Below the pieces are notes generated by a model. It was not told the origin of the DNA and did no database searches. It saw only the letters and a list, made by a program, of their open reading frames with translations. From Phoronis australis (taxonomy: Eukaryota > Animalia > Phoronida): a DNA stretch of 64,000 nt. The DNA is taken from the NCBI GenBank assembly GCA_002633005.1, contig NMRA01000828.1, positions 66,450 through 130,449 of the forward strand. The letters are read 5' to 3'. A program made the translations under genes and the position numbers. Below, in pieces: positions 14,270 through 26,207 of this stretch (its first letter is position 1; every line of letters begins with the position of its first letter).

Positions 14270-16313
14270 GACGAGCTAGTACGGCTAGAAATCAACATAC
14301 ATGCAATATTCCAGGCGCAACTAGAATCGTATATGTTTAAATTATAAAGCTGATATGAAATCACCTTTTAATATGCTAAAACTGAATTTATAAGTTCACA
14401 ATACCGGCTTATTCTAAGTAAATAGACAGAACACGAGCACAAGTCACTATATTGTCAGGAGTACATAATCAACTGTCGCTTTTGAAAAACTGAATGAGCA
14501 TATTTATTGAAATTATAATTTCCAGATGATTGGTAAACGTTGATTTTTCCCATTTACTTACTTGTGAAAAATCGCATCGTTTGTGTTTGATATATCATAA
14601 TATTCTGGCATTTCTTCATGAAAATCTTGCATTTAGCAAGAAATAAACCCCGTCTTTAACCCAGTACACAAAATACACTGTCTTCTTATTGAATCTACCA
14701 ACCTCAGCTCTAAATTGCGTGCCAAGAATCCTGGAACAGTGATTATACAGTTACGTCATAAGCTGTGTATGTTGTCGGAAAGGCGCCTCTGGCGCTGAAT
14801 ACTGGTACTACTTTTTAAAAATACTCGTTCCGCTTCGTGTTAAAAAAAAATCATAGAACGGATTTTAATGTAAAATAGTTCAGTCGAAACTTAACCCCAG
14901 ATAATATTCATCCAACACAACCAATGTTCGAAAAACACGCTGACCCGGTTTCCCGGAGCCAGTGGATTTGCCGCCGGGCCAGTAACTTTCAAAAGAGCAT
15001 GGCACCCGGGCTTGTTAATCTTCAGACTAACTTGAGCGGTTGGCCAGCACATTTATTTGCTGAAGTTGAAACACTGAACACAACACCAAATAGTCTCTAA
15101 CTTAACTGAAATGAATATTAATTTTTAGTTTAATTTTTATTTTTGGTCACTGTAGTGAGTGACAGCTTGGTCATGTATTATGGGTACTCACTCAATTGTC
15201 GCCATAGCAACTGTCGCCATAGGTAATGAGGTTTCTGTAGAAACCCCGCCCTCTTTTAAAAAAATTCAATGAAATAAGGCAAACACAAAAACAGGACTGA
15301 AAGTTACGCAACGTTTATATTTTAGTGATGTCTTTCGACTGTGTTCTAAATTGGTGAACGTAAAATAGAGATTATCTTTAAAGTTTTGTTGTATTTCAGA
15401 AATTCATTGAGCACAAAATCCCTAAGCACTATTGACTATTTTTGTAATTTAGGACGTCATCACCTCAGCAAAATTCGAAATTACTTTCTTTACTTTTTGC
15501 TCTAAAGTGAGCAATTCTTGTTTTATCCCGTGGATCTCTATTATGAACCATTTCTACAATAGTCAACATACACTGTTGTTCACTATACAGCCAAGACTGT
15601 AGTTCACTTAGGTAAAACTAGGAACAAGCCAAAAAGGTAGGAACATTTGGCACTTGTCGTTGAAGCCTTTAGGAACCTCTTGCTGAAAGAAAAGACGTGC
15701 TAGCAGTTTGGTGCTACATTTTTTAACCGCCGACTGCACACAGTTACAGTGTATTGTGCAATCCTGTTAATCTGTTTAGAAGCAAGTTTTCTCTAATCGT
15801 GTTTTGAGATATTTTAGTTTTGTCCACCACGACTAACCATGTACTATCTTCATGACACTTTCTTAAAATATTTACCCGCACACGCACGCGCGCTGACGCG
15901 TGTGCATGTAGTAATCATTTACACAGTAACAGGTAGCTAACATGTTATTTCTGCGGAGTGTAAATACTGTAACCCCACTTTATGTCACGAATTCGTCATT
16001 ACGCTTGTCTTTACGTCCAAACTACAATGGTTTTGCATGTTGGAACACGTGCGCTTTCACATTAGCGTTGCTAAAATTGATGGTAAAATGAAGCATTGTG
16101 TCCCCCAAACAACAATGCACAACATTCATTCTTGCAGAGCCACCAAAGTGAGCAAGTAGTGAATAAAACCAGTGTTCCGTCAATTTTTTTGATTTAGATC
16201 ACCTACCAATGTAAAATTGGTTTCAATTTTTCAATTTGTTCCTCACTCATATTGGAAGAAATTCCTGGGTTTGCAAAGAGACAAGTTGTTATGCCTTTAT
16301 TCCATGATCGGCG

Positions 16314-16398
16314 CATGAAACGACACCTCGTGACAAACCAACCCATGAAACGACCTCGTGACAAACCAACGCATGAAACATCTCGTGACAAACCAACT
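16314..16398. repeat. Short tandem repeat, about 28-bp unit x3 (CATGAAACGACCTCGTGACAAACCAAC)
   Basis: Seen directly. Confidence 0.8.
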
Positions 16399-17382
16399 GG
16401 TACATTACGGTCTCAAGCAAAGGCGAGGTTCTTCCGAAGCCTTGAAATCATCTCGAATATAGCTGAGGAACAATCTGAGACCAGTTAGGTGGTAATTCAA
16501 TTTTCTTCTAATGAAAGGCGGTTTCTTGTGTGGTTTTAGTTGTAAAATTTACAATAAAGCTACAATTCGCCAGTTTAAATTTGGATGATCGTGGTAATGT
16601 TCTTTTAGTCCAAAAACACTTTGGTTAGAAATTCAACACTGACAGGTAAACAGTGACGAAAGGTCCTTTTAAAGAATGTTGTGGAAATCGCATGTCAGTC
16701 TATCAGCGAAAGTTCAAAGGAACATTATTGGCTAGAGATCAGCTTAGGTGCGGAAACGACGTTGAACCCCAGCCGTCGCAGCCGAACACTTTACTTCTGG
16801 CGGGGTTAAATCCCATTCCACTCTATTGACAGCAGATAATTTCACTGGTAAGTGAAAGCCTGGTACGAGATAACGATGAGAATTGGCGTATTGTAATTAA
16901 ATCACAAGCTACAACGGATTTTCTTGTCAATGCTAACCAACAAGTGCAACAGTGTGATTACTGATATAACGTGCCTGTATTTTGAGAACCAGTTTGATGC
17001 CCGTTATTCAGAGGAAAAACTGGTTCTCAAAACTCGGGCACGTTGCACCAGGCCATTACCTCCAACAAGTCTACCTCAGCTAACAATAAGCCCAAAATGC
17101 ATATTCGGCAGTAAAACCGATGATGTTCCTTGATGTATAAGTTGCATATGACAATAATTTGTTCCGGTTTCTTTTCTATTGTCTATTTGTATTGAGCATC
17201 TTCGACAGTCAATCCGTAATTACAATTTGATAATCCCCAATAGCATATTGTCAATCCATGATGACAGATTCAAATTTTATTTTTGCTGGCGCTAATGGGC
17301 TTTCGTACCAAAAACAGTTCAGTGGCCTAAAAATGAAATGGGAATTTTCACTACGAAACACGCATGACAACTAGTGACTAGT

Positions 17383-18219
17383 TTATTCTCGTTTTTGTTT
17401 CGTACGGCTACAGCACTTCCGACATGCATAGCCACAACATTTGAACAAAACAAAACACACAATGAGTAGAATGGAGATCAAAAATGCTAAAACGTCAAGT
17501 GAATAAAACTGGTACCATGTCAAAAATCGGCCATAAGGTTTCAGATGCGATATACCTTTATGCCGAATCACATAATCGACCCAGTAAAGGAACAGATCCT
17601 TGCCACTGATTGGTTGATCATTTAGATATTTAGCTAAGCGCACAGCATTTTCTTTGTACATTGGATTAGAAATAACTTCAGTCATGGCTGACGCTAGAGA
17701 ATCTGACGTCATAGTTCGCAAGTTTACCTCAACACCGATCTTGTGAGATTTCGTGAGTCTTGCGGAATTTTGTGGTTGGTCACCAAATAAAGGCATAGCT
17801 ATCACCGGTACACCAAACATTACTGTTTCATACATACTGTTCTGACCACAGTGTGTAATAAACAACTTGATTTTAGGGTGTGCCAAAAGTCCCGTTTGTG
17901 GAAACCATTTGACTAACTTGGTGTTCTTTCCCAGGGTTTTTGGCGTTGGTCCTTCGTACTTCCACAGAACCTTTTGTGGCATTCGTGCGAAAGCTTCGGC
18001 GATCAAGTTGCCGTTGTGTTCATCATACTCCGTTATCATTGATCCAAAACTCATAATTATTAAACCGTGATCTCCTGAACTCTGAACGAAGGCTTCGATG
18101 TCTGACTCCAGAGGTTTTGGCTGAGCAGCGAGAATCCCGTTTAAATACACGACGTCTGGTAAATATGGCGCTGGGTACTCCAGTGGAAATCCTCCGAAGA
18201 CAACTGCAAGACTTTCGGG
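17383..18219 (-). CDS. UGT: UDP-glycosyltransferase unit C, exon 2 (candidate shared/constant exon)
   Basis: Same length (837 nt) as gene B exon 2 and near-identical to it. Phase-0 acceptor GATTTCAG|CCCGAA at 18220/18219. Confidence 0.95.
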   Translation of the reverse strand, partial: PESLAVVFGGFPLEYPAPYLPDVVYLNGILAAQPKPLESDIEAFVQSSGDHGLIIMSFGSMITEYDEHNGNLIAEAFARMPQKVLWKYEGPTPKTLGKNTKLVKWFPQTGLLAHPKIKLFITHCGQNSMYETVMFGVPVIAMPLFGDQPQNSARLTKSHKIGVEVNLRTMTSDSLASAMTEVISNPMYKENAVRLAKYLNDQPISGKDLFLYWVDYVIRHKGISHLKPYGRFLTWYQFYSLDVLAFLISILLIVCFVLFKCCGYACRKCCSRTKQKRE

Positions 18220-21200
18220 CTGAAATCATAAGAACACAATGTATGTTTGACAGTAGTTCATGATCGCCTTTCACCAATTTCAATCCCACAAGGGAAACAT
18301 TTTTGCCCTTTTTTGAACGTAGTTGATCCGAAGAGATCCGAGATCCATTTCAGGAAATTGACTAAAGATTCAAGACAAAATTTTGGTCTAGCGCTCTCGC
18401 TTCACTATTCCCGGAAAAAGTTTGCCAAGTAATTATGAGCATCACTGTCTAGAACTAATTTATAAAAGTTATCTCAGAAACTAGCTATTACGTGGACATT
18501 CTCAGAAACATTTGAGATTTACATGTAATCATATTCCAGAAATGTTGTGTGGAGCGCAAGACCAAATTTCAACTTGTTTTAAATGTCACTTTTCATGAAA
18601 CAGATTGCAGAACAGCAAATTTTGTCTTATTTATCATAGTGTTGGATTGAGTTAAAAGGAAACAAAAATAGTCTAAAAACAGATAATCAAAGAAAATACG
18701 TCATTGGGTTGAAGCTAGAGCAAGCAAATGTTAAAACAATAGAAGCCGCGGCCTGTAATGAGTATCAACAATCAAACACCAGGAGTGTAGCATCGCAGGC
18801 CCAGTTACGGAGATTGCTATGATTCGGCGGTATTCTCCAACATGGCTGGTATAAACTGATCATTCTTTCTCCATGGAGAATGTCACTATTCTAGATAGGG
18901 AAGAAAACTGATTCAGGCGAGCAATATATGAAAGCGTGGAGAATCCCACTTTAAACAGACAAGGGCGCCTGAGATTTCTGTTACCAAGAACTTGGGATAG
19001 GGCCCTAAAGAGTATCCTGCACAAACTGTGCTATCGTTCACATGATCGAGTCACGTGACACCTCAGTGGCCTGCCGAAGGGCTCGAGATGAGCACGCAAC
19101 GCTTACCCAATCCGCAATTCCAGTAATTGATTTATTTTTTCATGTAAGGCTTTTTGTTCTCATAAAATGGGCAGAGTCTCCCCTTCCTTACCATGATAGG
19201 ATTCCATTTCCACAAACAATAACATGGAAACTATCAGCAACTCAAGAAGTTTACTGGGATTGGCTAACCCTAAAATTGCTAATTCATTCGAGAACACCGC
19301 GAGGACACATGGCTTGCGTCTTTTGTTGCCGGCTCAATCGGCAGCAATTCAATGCTTTAAAACCTCAGAGCGTTTCAGATAAAAACACAACATTCACTGC
19401 TAAAAAGTAGTGAAAAGCAGCTTTAACTAAACAAGCACAGGAACGTCATCAAATCGTGTTACTCATTAGATGTGAGTCACCAGATGGCAAGACCGCGTCT
19501 ACTCCACTAGTCAGCCCACCCCAAGAAATGCCAAACAACGTAAGTTGATGTAAAAGATGAAGTCGTAAGCCTACTTTTTTCGTCTGAAAATTCATCATGT
19601 GGTAACATGTGGCTCTATAATCTTACCAGATCCAAGTAAGATAATACACTAGTGTTGTCAGAACAGTTATCGAGTCAATTTGAAAGGATGCTCTGGAGCA
19701 CCTTTCCTACTAAACCTAAGCCTGGTGAAGAGTCGTTCAGGGTCGGGGCCCACTGGCAATTCGAGGCTAAGGCTTTGGTTATCACTACCACAGTCTACGA
19801 CCGTCAGAGGAGAGCGCAGATTTGCAGATCTTCACTGAAATACTCAGAAAAGACGTCGCGATGTTTAAAAAATTATCCCTTCAATGAGAAAACGAGTATT
19901 CATTAACAGGCAAACCCTTAGGTTTTAAACCCAACATCATTTTAATGCCGGCGTTAGTGGGTAAAGTTGGCAGTCCGTCATTTACCATCATTGCCACAAA
20001 ACAACTTGACGTTGTTACGCAGAACGTTCTTCACAGCAGAGGCAGCTGACGGGGCAATGGCCTCTTGCTCATTGCAAAAGGAAGCCCATCTTAGGTCGAG
20101 CAGCTTATAGATTGTGTCTGACTGCAACTTGAAGCTATGCCCATGGAAAAGAAAGAATAACAAGCAGTGGAGTGTGCTTCGTGCCATTATGGTAATTTCA
20201 GTCGTAGAACTTCGTCAAGGCGCCGGAGTAAACCGAGCAGTGCCAGATTCAGGTTTCTCGGTGCCCTTCAGCTATTATTAGTCTGGGGACCCAGTTATTG
20301 TTCACTGCCCTTGTCGCCATAATTTTCACCCCGTCCGTCAACAAATTTTAGACCAACATCCTGCTCGCAACTTTTTTTACCGCCGGTCTCCGGATCAACA
20401 GTATTTTGAAATTACCCCATCCCTTGGGTACCACAATTTTCAACCCTCCATTCGGCACAATTCATACCTACGTTTCGCGGTCAATGCAACCCTCGAAATG
20501 CGCCCCTCCCCGGGGGCCCCTAGCCTAGGTTATCCGGCACTGAATTTCACCTAAAACTGAGAACTGTCTTATGTTGTGGCAGTTGATCGCGCAAGTCCAG
20601 TCGCTCGCCAAGCAATTTTAAATAAAAATTCTCAAACTCTCAAGTTGCACGACTTCTTTCAACAGAAAACAAAATGATTGTCGTCAGATGACGCATCATA
20701 AAGGTTAGGTGCATCGCTGCATCTTCCTCTTCTTGAATCGACTTACATCGCAGGACACAACCTAAGAATATTATGAAGCCTGCCATCTGGCGACAGCTTC
20801 ACGAGAGTTCGTCATTGATGTTTCACTCTAGCTAGTTCCGACTCGATCACCGCATCGTTTTCGGGAACTCTGATTTATTTATCTCTCAAGACTACCTGGA
20901 ATACGCCCAGTAAAGTTTTACAGAAATGTAAAAAGCAAGGCCAAAAGAAAACAAAAATTGCACAAGGGTCAGTTTTTCGGAAACGGATATCTGCATCTGG
21001 AAACAGTTGGAGTCGTATGCAGTGGAATTATACATGGAAAAGCAAAAAGTGGAAGGTTGAAAAAAGTTAAGGGTCATAACTTCCTTTTTTATCCTTGGTT
21101 GTACGGAATGGGCTCGAGCACAGCTTAGCAACACGTAAACCAAAGCAGTTCATTCGCAAGAACTCTGACACAACTGGAATTGAATGGGAAACGTACAGTA

Positions 21201-21606
21201 TAACATATATGTGGCACTTGCTACAATCTAAGACTTCCATCATACGGTGTCACATACCTTGTGGCCAAAGATGCCCGTTTCCGCCCATCCCAGCCCGTTC
21301 TATAATAATATTTGGACGTGCTTGGACGTTTGTGGGACACACTGGCAGACTCATTAACAGAGCCCAGAAAGTCAATGCGGGTGAGACAGCTCTAGGGCAT
21401 TATCTTAACGTTCCAACCAGAAGGAGCAACACCGATACCTGCTTCCCCACAATTATGACCTGACAGTTTTGATATTTCACTTAAGACAGAAACAACGGAA
21501 AATCCAACAAACGTAGCTCCAACAAATTATACTGACTTATCGAGTCAGCGTTTAGGTAGACACAAGGACCTGTTCCACCAAGCCAGATATTAAGTGGGAC
21601 GCTACA

Positions 21607-21677
21607 CTCGCTGGTTCCCTGCGTGCTTAGCCCAGCCAGCTACCGCCCCATCTAGCGGCACGCAGGGAACCAGCGAG
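21607..21677. mobile_element. 71-bp mini-MITE with a 10-bp target-site duplication
   Basis: CTCGCTGGTTCCCTGCGTGC...GCACGCAGGGAACCAGCGAG is a 20-bp perfect inverted repeat, flanked on both sides by GGACGCTACA. Confidence 0.8.
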
Positions 21678-21704
21678 GGACGCTACACTACATGTATAAC
21701 TGAC

Positions 21705-22372
21705 CTCTTTCGGCTCAATTCCGTACTTCCTCGCCAGTTGGTAGTGGTCGTATTCCAATTTAAACATAAAAGCATACAGCAACGAAACCATCACAAAGTT
21801 CACAGTTCGCTCCAGAAAAGACATACCCTGCCCTGCGTTGTATGTATTGGCGGGAACGTATGAGGGTAATAGAGGGAGCTGACGATCTGCCAATCGTCTG
21901 GTGGAGTAGTGAACAAAATATTCCATGGAAGGGATGTTTCCCAAAACACCCTGGATTACTAATTTACAAAAATACAAGGAATTGTAATAGACCAGGTCGA
22001 ATTTCGTTCGCCTCAGTCTGTCATGAATGTCAGTAGAGTTCGCAAAAGACTGGCAAATCTTCTTAGAAGTATCCAACATCGCCATCAGACCCTGCAGTGG
22101 ATTACTTGTCAAATTCCAGAGAGGATACCTGCCGGCGTTGGACGACAGGCCTTCCGGTCTCGGGACTATAATCAGTTTTATGCCGGCTGCGGTGACGAAT
22201 TTTGGTGGCTCGTAACCACTGTCGACCAGAATGTAAACTTCGTGACCATGCTCAGCCATCATGGTCAAAAATTTCTCGTCGTTTCGCAGAGCTGAGTTCT
22301 TAACCGCCGTCAGTGGACACCCGAGGATCTTAGCTGACTCTCCCCTGTGGTTGCAGGCGTCGAATACAAACA
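21705..22372 (-). CDS. UGT: UGT unit C, first exon variant C1 (open frame; 5' end cut by the assembly N at 22373)
   Basis: AKILGCPLTAVKNS...GHEVYIL...MSFLERTVN. Phase-0 donor AAAGAG|GTCAGT at 21705. Confidence 0.85.
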
Positions 22373-22373
22373 N

Positions 22374-22494
22374 AACTTGTTCCAAAATACTTAAGTTTTC
22401 GCCAAAAACTTAAGTTTTCGGGAATGAAAACTTAAGTTTTTCAGACCAAAAACTTAAGTTTTTCGATGAAAACTTAAGTTCATTTTTGTAAGGG
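22374..22494. mobile_element. End of a non-autonomous DNA transposon (CMC/EnSpm-like terminus) with palindromic AAAACTTAAGTTTT subterminal repeats, inserted in a UGT exon
   Basis: Five ACTTAAGT palindromes ending in CATTTTTGTAAGGG (reverse complement CCCTTACAAAAATG), directly abutting exon sequence. Confidence 0.65.
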
Positions 22495-22976
22495 ATGGAA
22501 GGGATGTTTCCCAAAACACCCTGGATTACTAATTTACAAAAATATAAGGAATTGTAATAGACCAGGTCGAATTTCATTCGCTTCAGTCTGTCATGAATGT
22601 TAGTAGAGTTCGCAAAAGACTGGCAAATCTTCTTAGAAGTATCCAACATCGCCATCAGACCCTGCAGAGGATTACTTGTCAAATTCCAGAGAGGATACCT
22701 GCCGGCGTTGGACGACAGGCCTTCCGGTCTCGGGACTATAATCAGTTTGATGCCGGCTGCGGTGACGAATTTTGGTGGCTCGTAACCACTGTCGACCAGA
22801 ATGTAAACTTCGTGACCATGCTCAGCCATCATGGTCAAAAATTTCTCGTCGTTTCGCAGAGCTGAGTTCTTAATCGCCGTCAGTGGACACCCGAGGATCT
22901 TAGCTGACTCTCCCCTGTGGTTGCAGGCGTCGAATACAAACAGTAGCCACACTGGCAGTTCCGTTAAGCAACGCAT
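22495..22976 (-). pseudogene. UGT: Second copy (probably the other allele) of UGT exon C1, 5' part, interrupted by a transposon
   Basis: ATG at 22976 (MRCLTELPVWLLFVF). Near-identical to about 21925-22372, with about 7 substitutions counted by eye. The frame runs into the repeat after GNIPS. Confidence 0.8.
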
Positions 22977-23329
22977 CTTAAATCCGCGATGGTACGTTGA
23001 CCCAGTCACAATATAATGTGTACGGCAGACAACTAGCTGTAATTTGCACCGTGAAAACAGCCAGTATACGCACATATGTAGGTCAAACAGATTCGCTTGG
23101 AAAAACTCGTATTTCATCGAAAAAAACTAAATTTAGATTTAGATCACTGGTCCTCGGCCATTCCTTCCTCAAATTAGAAGTGTCTTTGTGTCATGTAAGA
23201 AGTGAGAGTTTCTTTAATTTTTCCTCCAAACCATGCTCAGCGAATAAAATAAATTGCCGTGTTAATTTGTTCATTTCGCAAAAACTCTGCGAGGCAAGTG
23301 GGCGTCAGCGAAGTGTTTGAACTATCGCT

Positions 23330-23550
23330 GGCCAAAATTTGGGCGAACGTTGCGCACCCGTTAAATTACTTGCGTAAATTAACTTTAATAAATAAATAAT
23401 TAATTTACACCGTAAAGAATTAATTTGCATCGTAAAGAATTAATTTACAACGTTAAAAGTAAATTTACACCTTGCAAAATAATCAATTTACGTCGCGAAT
23501 AATTAATTCACGCCGTTAATTATCGTTGGCCATATGGGTGAACGTTAGTG
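23330..23550. repeat. AATTAATTTAC-rich repeat element; related copy at about 44790-45060
   Basis: Repeated TAATTTACA/C units bounded by GGCCA..TGGGYGAACGTT motifs at both loci. Confidence 0.55.
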
Positions 23551-24347
23551 TACAAAATATCGAGAAATAAGGACCCAAAGAAACGTCCCTTAGGAGTAAC
23601 AGCCTTTCGGAGTAAGTTGAGAAGTCCTTCAGAGTAAAGACCTAGACCCCTGAAGTGGCGGCACCGGGTTTTCTCACTACATACAGTTGGCACTTGGCAC
23701 TCCTGAGTTAAAGTGGACTCACTACTGGTAGAAAACAAATTTGAGGTGTGGTGACAGTTTTGAGGTATGCATTTTGAATATGCTGTGGGTCGGAAAAGTC
23801 TGCTAGTTCACCAGAAGACTTCAGTTTTAAAAAATGGCAGCTTCCTATAGTAGTATTCCATCACGCATAGTGGACAGTGACAGCCTTCGCTGCGAGTTCA
23901 GGTTAACCCTCAAACAACACAGAACAGCACAAATGTGATTGGATCAAAACTTTTGGACCACATTAATTGTGGAATATATAGTAAATTTACACTCGGGATC
24001 TAGTGTTCGCTCGTGTGGTAGTTGGGCTGAAAGTGTGTCCCCATTGCTGCCGCTTTGGATTATGACGAGTTGATTAAGACTCTTCGCCATGCATTACATC
24101 TATTTTACCAGCTGCGAACAGTGTTACACTATAATTCTTCTCACGAGCTAAAATGAGTTGTTAATGAGGACTATGTGTTTCGACGGAAAGGAGACGAACT
24201 TCTGAAACCTAGTAAACTGTGGCCTATGTTAGCTGTGACGCCTGGTATCATTGGAGGGTCACTAAAATCTCAATATACTCATATATACTGTACATGTAGG
24301 TCTGTCCCTGAAAAACCGCAATCAACAAGTGGATCCTTTGCACTAAC

Positions 24348-25030
24348 CCGTTTTGGTTCAACGCCGTGTTTTCTCGCCAACTGGTGGTTGTCCCCAATGC
24401 ACCTTATTCCAAATACACATATAAACGAGGTCATCAAGAAATTCATGCTCCGCTCCAAAAATGACATTTGATAACTATTCATGGAGAGGTACGAGAACGG
24501 GAGAGGTAGCTGTCGATCTTCCAAGCTTCTGAGCGCAAAGGCGGATCTACAGGGGGGCGGGGGGTATTCAAGGAGTTCAACCCCCCCTCAGGACAGGATC
24601 AAAAATAAAAATTGAAAAAAAAAACACAAAAACCTTCCTTCCGCTCGGCGCGTCGGATTCGTTCGAATCCTAACCCCCCTTACTGAAAATGTAGATCTGC
24701 CGGCACTGGAGCGTGTCCCTAGGAAAAAAAACTCCACTGAAGCGACGTCACTCAAGACAACTGAAAAAATAAATGTCGACCACAGACATTATTGTAGTAA
24801 AAGCATTGTCTGTTATATTACGAAGTGGAAACCTTGTTCGTTTGCTGGTAGTCCCTTCGGTCTGGGAGTAACGCTCAGTTTAATCCCGCCTTTTGTGACG
24901 AATTTTGGAGGTTCATAACTGCTGTCGGCTAGAACGATAACATCGTGACCTTGAACCGTTATCATTGCCAACTTATCGAATGTTTCGGTGGAAATCGTGC
25001 AGTCACCGTCAGTCATAGCCAAGATGTCGC
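24348..25030 (-). pseudogene. UGT: Degenerate UGT first exon (C2), a paralog of exon C3
   Basis: Fragments GHDVIVLADSSYEPPKFVTK and DRQLPLPFSYL...MSFLERSMN...HGVEPKR, with deletions, frameshifts and a MITE insertion. The downstream intron start is nearly identical to that of C3. Confidence 0.9.
24536..24708. mobile_element. MITE (CAGTGGCGGATC family) inserted in the UGT pseudo-exon, 5-bp TSD GAGCG
   Basis: GAGCG|CAAAGGCGGATCTAC...GTAGATCTGCCGGCACTG|GAGCG. The uninterrupted paralog has a single GAACG at this site. Confidence 0.8.
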
Positions 25031-25656
25031 AAGAAGCCACATTGAGTTATGCAGCCTTTCTGTGTCAAGGTTTTGTCCTTTGGTTTATTACGCAAAATTA
25101 ATATTTCCCAAGAAAAAAAAAACAAGTCAGTAGCCGCCCCCAAACCTGCATTAGCTCCTATCCCACTGAGGGACTGGCTCTGTATAACTGAAGAGCTGAC
25201 GACAGCTGAAGGTCATCCCATCTGGTTGGAAAAACGAATTAGGCCTACTCCTCTCGGGAAGCATTTTACTCGCAAAAACGTACAGAGTTTTCATTATTTC
25301 ACCTCGGTGACGGAAATCCATGCGTTTATAGTTGGAAAAATACCTCCGTAAAATACAACATTGGGAATTTAGTTAAATAAGTATTTACGATGACTGATTC
25401 ATTGGGACCTATTCTGAACTTTCATTGGATAGCCTCTGTTATAAAAATTTTCAGGGCGAGAGATGGTTTGCAACCCCTGTGACAGAATGAAGTTCACGTT
25501 ATTTGAAATGTTATTTTAAGTTCTTGCATTTTTTAGAAAACTCATAAAAGGCGTTGTTTTTTCTAGACTATCACAAGTTTGTGACACACAGCAATTTGAT
25601 CATAGCGTGCAGTTTTCTAATCTAATTCATTTTCAGTCGAAAAAGAGCAATACTGT

Positions 25657-26056
25657 TGCTGTGCGTAAACTTGGAATCCTGGTTAATCTCAAGATCGCGT
25701 ATGCGTGAACTTGGAATTGAATCCTCATTAATTTTGAGAATTTTTTGTTCAGCGTAAAGAACTTTTGTAATTATTGGCCTCATTATCACCCATCTTCTCC
25801 TTTAGCGTAACTTGAGTCAAAGAATATCAGAAAATGTTTGTTTAATCAATTATTGTTTGCGGTGGATAAGATCGCCCACAATTGAAAAAGGATTGGATAA
25901 AATTTACGTTATTTTGTCAACATATTATTCGATTTAGTGCAATGCAAATTTTTATCAAGGTGAACGTGATTATTTGAGTGAAGTTGTCGTGTATTCCAAG
26001 TTCACGCATACGCGATCTTGAGATTAAGCAATATTCCAAGTTCACGCACAGCACTG
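25657..26056. mobile_element. MITE with roughly 60-bp terminal inverted repeats; another end of this family at about 45083-45150
   Basis: TGCTGTGCGTAAACTTGGAATCCTGGTTAATCTCAAGATCGCGTATGCGTGAACTTGGAAT and its inverse at about 25994-26053. Confidence 0.75.
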
Positions 26057-26207
26057 TCACCTCGGAGGGGTACAGCGACAAACCAATACTGATGCGAAGC
26101 GTCACCTAGTGAGCATGAATAACAATAACTTCAATGTACCCATGAAAATGAAGAACCCGGTCTGTCCCTGAAAAACCGCAATCAACAAGTGGATCTTTTG
26201 CACTAAC

